64,000 bases of DNA from positions 4,479 to 68,478 of the forward strand of contig CAVOIO010000007.1 in assembly GCA_963695915.1 (NCBI GenBank), written 5' to 3'. A program made the translations under genes and the position numbers. The DNA is from an uncultured beta proteobacterium (lineage in GTDB: Bacteria > Pseudomonadota > Gammaproteobacteria > Burkholderiales > JACQAP01). The notes beneath the pieces were generated by a model. The model did no database searches. It worked only from the letters and a program-made list of their open reading frames with translations, and had not been told where the DNA came from. The first letter of the stretch is position 1. Each line of letters opens with the position of its first letter. This document shows, piece after piece, positions 62,612 to 64,000 of the stretch.

Positions 62612-63415
62612 TCAGAACAGCGTCCACAGCATCTTGGTCGCCATCAGGAACAGGATCACCGCGAAGATCTTTTTCAGGCGCGCAACCGGCATGGTATGCG
62701 CCGCCTTTGCGCCCGCCGGCACGGTGACGAAAGTGCCGATCACGATCCCGACCAGCGCCGGGACGTAAACATATCCGAGCGTGAGCGGCGGCAAGTGAAC
62801 CTGGCCGAGCCCGGTATAGATGTATCCCGCCGTGCCGGCGATGGCGATCGGCAATCCCAGGGCAGCGGAAGTGCCCACAGCATTGCGCATCGGCACGTTA
62901 CACATCGTCATCAGCGGAATCGACAGCAGGCCTCCGCCGGCCCCCACCAGGCTGGAGACGATTCCGGTGATGATTGCGGCCGCCGACATTCCGACCCACC
63001 CCGGCACAGTGCGGGTCGGCTTGGGTTTCATGTCCACGAACATCTGTACCGCCGCGAAGTACACGAAGGCAACGAAAAAGATGGCCAGATACTTCGACGC
63101 CACGCGGTCGGCGACGACTGCGCCGAGCAGCGTGCCGGCGACCAGCCCGGGCGCGGCCATTTTCACGATGTCCCAGCGCACCGCGCCGTGGCGGTGATGC
63201 GCGCGCAGGCTGGAAATCGAAGTAAAGACAATGCTGGTGAGCGCGGTACCGAGCGCGATGTGCAGGATGCGGTCCGAAGGAAATCCCTGCAGCCTGAACA
63301 GAAACACCATCAGCGTGACGAGGATCAATCCGCCGCCGACCCCAAGCATGCCGGCAAGGAAGCCGACGAACAGGCCCATCAGCAGATAAACGATCCACCA
63401 TTCCATCAACGCCAC
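62612..63415 (-). CDS. TSUP (TauE/SafE, DUF81) family membrane transporter
   Basis: 267 aa, polytopic. LAGMLGVGGGLILV and LVGAGGGLLSIPL motifs. Confidence 0.75.
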   Translation of the reverse strand: MALMEWWIVYLLMGLFVGFLAGMLGVGGGLILVTLMVFLFRLQGFPSDRILHIALGTALTSIVFTSISSLRAHHRHGAVRWDIVKMAAPGLVAGTLLGAVVADRVASKYLAIFFVAFVYFAAVQMFVDMKPKPTRTVPGWVGMSAAAIITGIVSSLVGAGGGLLSIPLMTMCNVPMRNAVGTSAALGLPIAIAGTAGYIYTGLGQVHLPPLTLGYVYVPALVGIVIGTFVTVPAGAKAAHTMPVARLKKIFAVILFLMATKMLWTLF

Positions 63416-63427
63416 CCGGTCCCTAGG

Positions 63428-63575
63428 TGTGATGGTCCAATAGGTTGTTTCTGTTCATTCGGACTGGATTTGAGAAACTGGGAATTGCCAAACCCCGAGA
63501 TCACTCAAGGAGTCCAGCCGAATGAACGTGCGTAAGAATGCCCGACTGACGTTTGCCCGTCGAATCGAATCGCCT
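63428..63575 (+). mobile_element. Left-end remnant of an IS481-family insertion sequence (IRL, leader and first ~16 transposase codons)
   Basis: tgtgatggtccaataggttgt..ggatttgagaaactggg..cactcaaggag..ATGAACGTGCGTAAGAATGCCCGACTGAC closely parallels my recollection of the Bordetella IS481 left end (TGTGAAGATTCAATAGGTTGT..GGATTTGAGAAACTGG..CACTCAAGGAG..ATGAAC..). It is preceded by CCTAGG, matching the NCTAGN target. The peptide is MNVRKNARLTFARRIE. The right boundary is approximate. Confidence 0.55.
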
Positions 63576-63608
63576 CGGTCGCGCATGCGGGACTTATGCA
63601 GAGCTTCC

Positions 63609-64000
63609 CTAGAGGAGGTCGATGATGAAATCCCACTCGCGCGGTTCGACCGGGGTGATTGACAGGCGGTTGCCGCGCTGGAGCACTCGCATCGAAACGA
63701 GCTCGGGATGGGAATGCAGTTCCCGGAGGCCGACCAGGCGCGTCTTTTTCACCAGGGTGACGTCGACGTTGAACCAGCGCGGACTGTCGCGCGTGGCCTT
63801 GGGATCGAAGTACGCGCTCTTGCTGTCGAACTGGGTCATGTCCGGATGCGCAGGTCTGGACACCCGCACAATGCCGGCGATGCCGGGCTCTGCGCAGCTG
63901 GAGTGGTAGAAGAAGGCGCGGTCGCCGACTTTCATCTGGTCGCGCATGAAATTGCGCGCCTGATAGTTGCGCACGCCCCACCAGGCGGCGGTCCTGCTTT
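63609..64000 (-). CDS. EVE (PUA-like, DUF55) domain protein; N-terminus lies outside the window
   Basis: The frame is open to the window edge (..TAAWWGVRNYQARNFMRDQMKVGDRAFFYHS..PRWFNVDV..), which is typical of EVE-domain proteins. Confidence 0.75.
   Translation of the reverse strand, partial: SRTAAWWGVRNYQARNFMRDQMKVGDRAFFYHSSCAEPGIAGIVRVSRPAHPDMTQFDSKSAYFDPKATRDSPRWFNVDVTLVKKTRLVGLRELHSHPELVSMRVLQRGNRLSITPVEPREWDFIIDLL

Noticed and set aside
63608-63613. Second CTAG hexamer (cCTAGa) considered as the other half of an IS481 target duplication, which would imply a 180-bp miniature element
   Set aside because: The sequence immediately upstream does not resemble an IS481 right inverted repeat. 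The CTAG is simply the EVE stop codon on the other strand.

Overview
High-GC proteobacterial chromosome segment covering the replication-origin neighbourhood. The gene order is what I associate with Betaproteobacteria (inferred from synteny, not tested). Left to right: a partial class-V aminotransferase, DUF2238 and a small OM barrel. Then a minus-strand run tsaC, purC, purE, pyk, pgk, gap. Between gap and tkt sits a sugar-uptake module: a CUT1 ABC transporter on +, and glk plus SemiSWEET on -. Next come ntrX, ntrY, DUF4390, rsmB, fmt, def on -, then LysM, dprA, smg, topA on +. The origin core is gyrB-dnaN-dnaA on - diverging from rpmH-rnpA-yidD-yidC-mnmE on +. It continues with a TSUP gene, two parS sites, mnmG-rsmG-parA-parB and the full atpIBEFHAGDC operon. 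A five-gene Dpp/Opp-type ABC operon follows on -. The last ~8 kb is an accessory-looking stretch: livF remnant, M20 peptidase, fused MdcD/MdcE carboxyltransferase, matB, two YbjQ genes, M48 protease, 2OG oxygenase, TSUP, an IS481-like end remnant and a partial EVE gene. I see no rRNA, tRNA, CRISPR array, prophage or recognisable defence island; most of the window is ordinary core genome. Four things stand out. (1) A perfect 155-bp x3.3 tandem array between gap and pgk re-copies the 3' end of gap. (2) There are about 15 single-base indels, 13 of them +1. They include three self-compensating +1 shifts hidden inside the apparently intact topA ORF, one in tkt, and a dense cluster at 57-62.4 kb. 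(3) A stand-alone MdcD-MdcE fusion lies next to malonyl-CoA synthetase with no MdcA/ACP genes, making it a candidate non-canonical malonyl-CoA decarboxylase. (4) The sugar module is wedged into the tkt/gap cluster. All homology statements come from motif recognition by eye; no database search was run.
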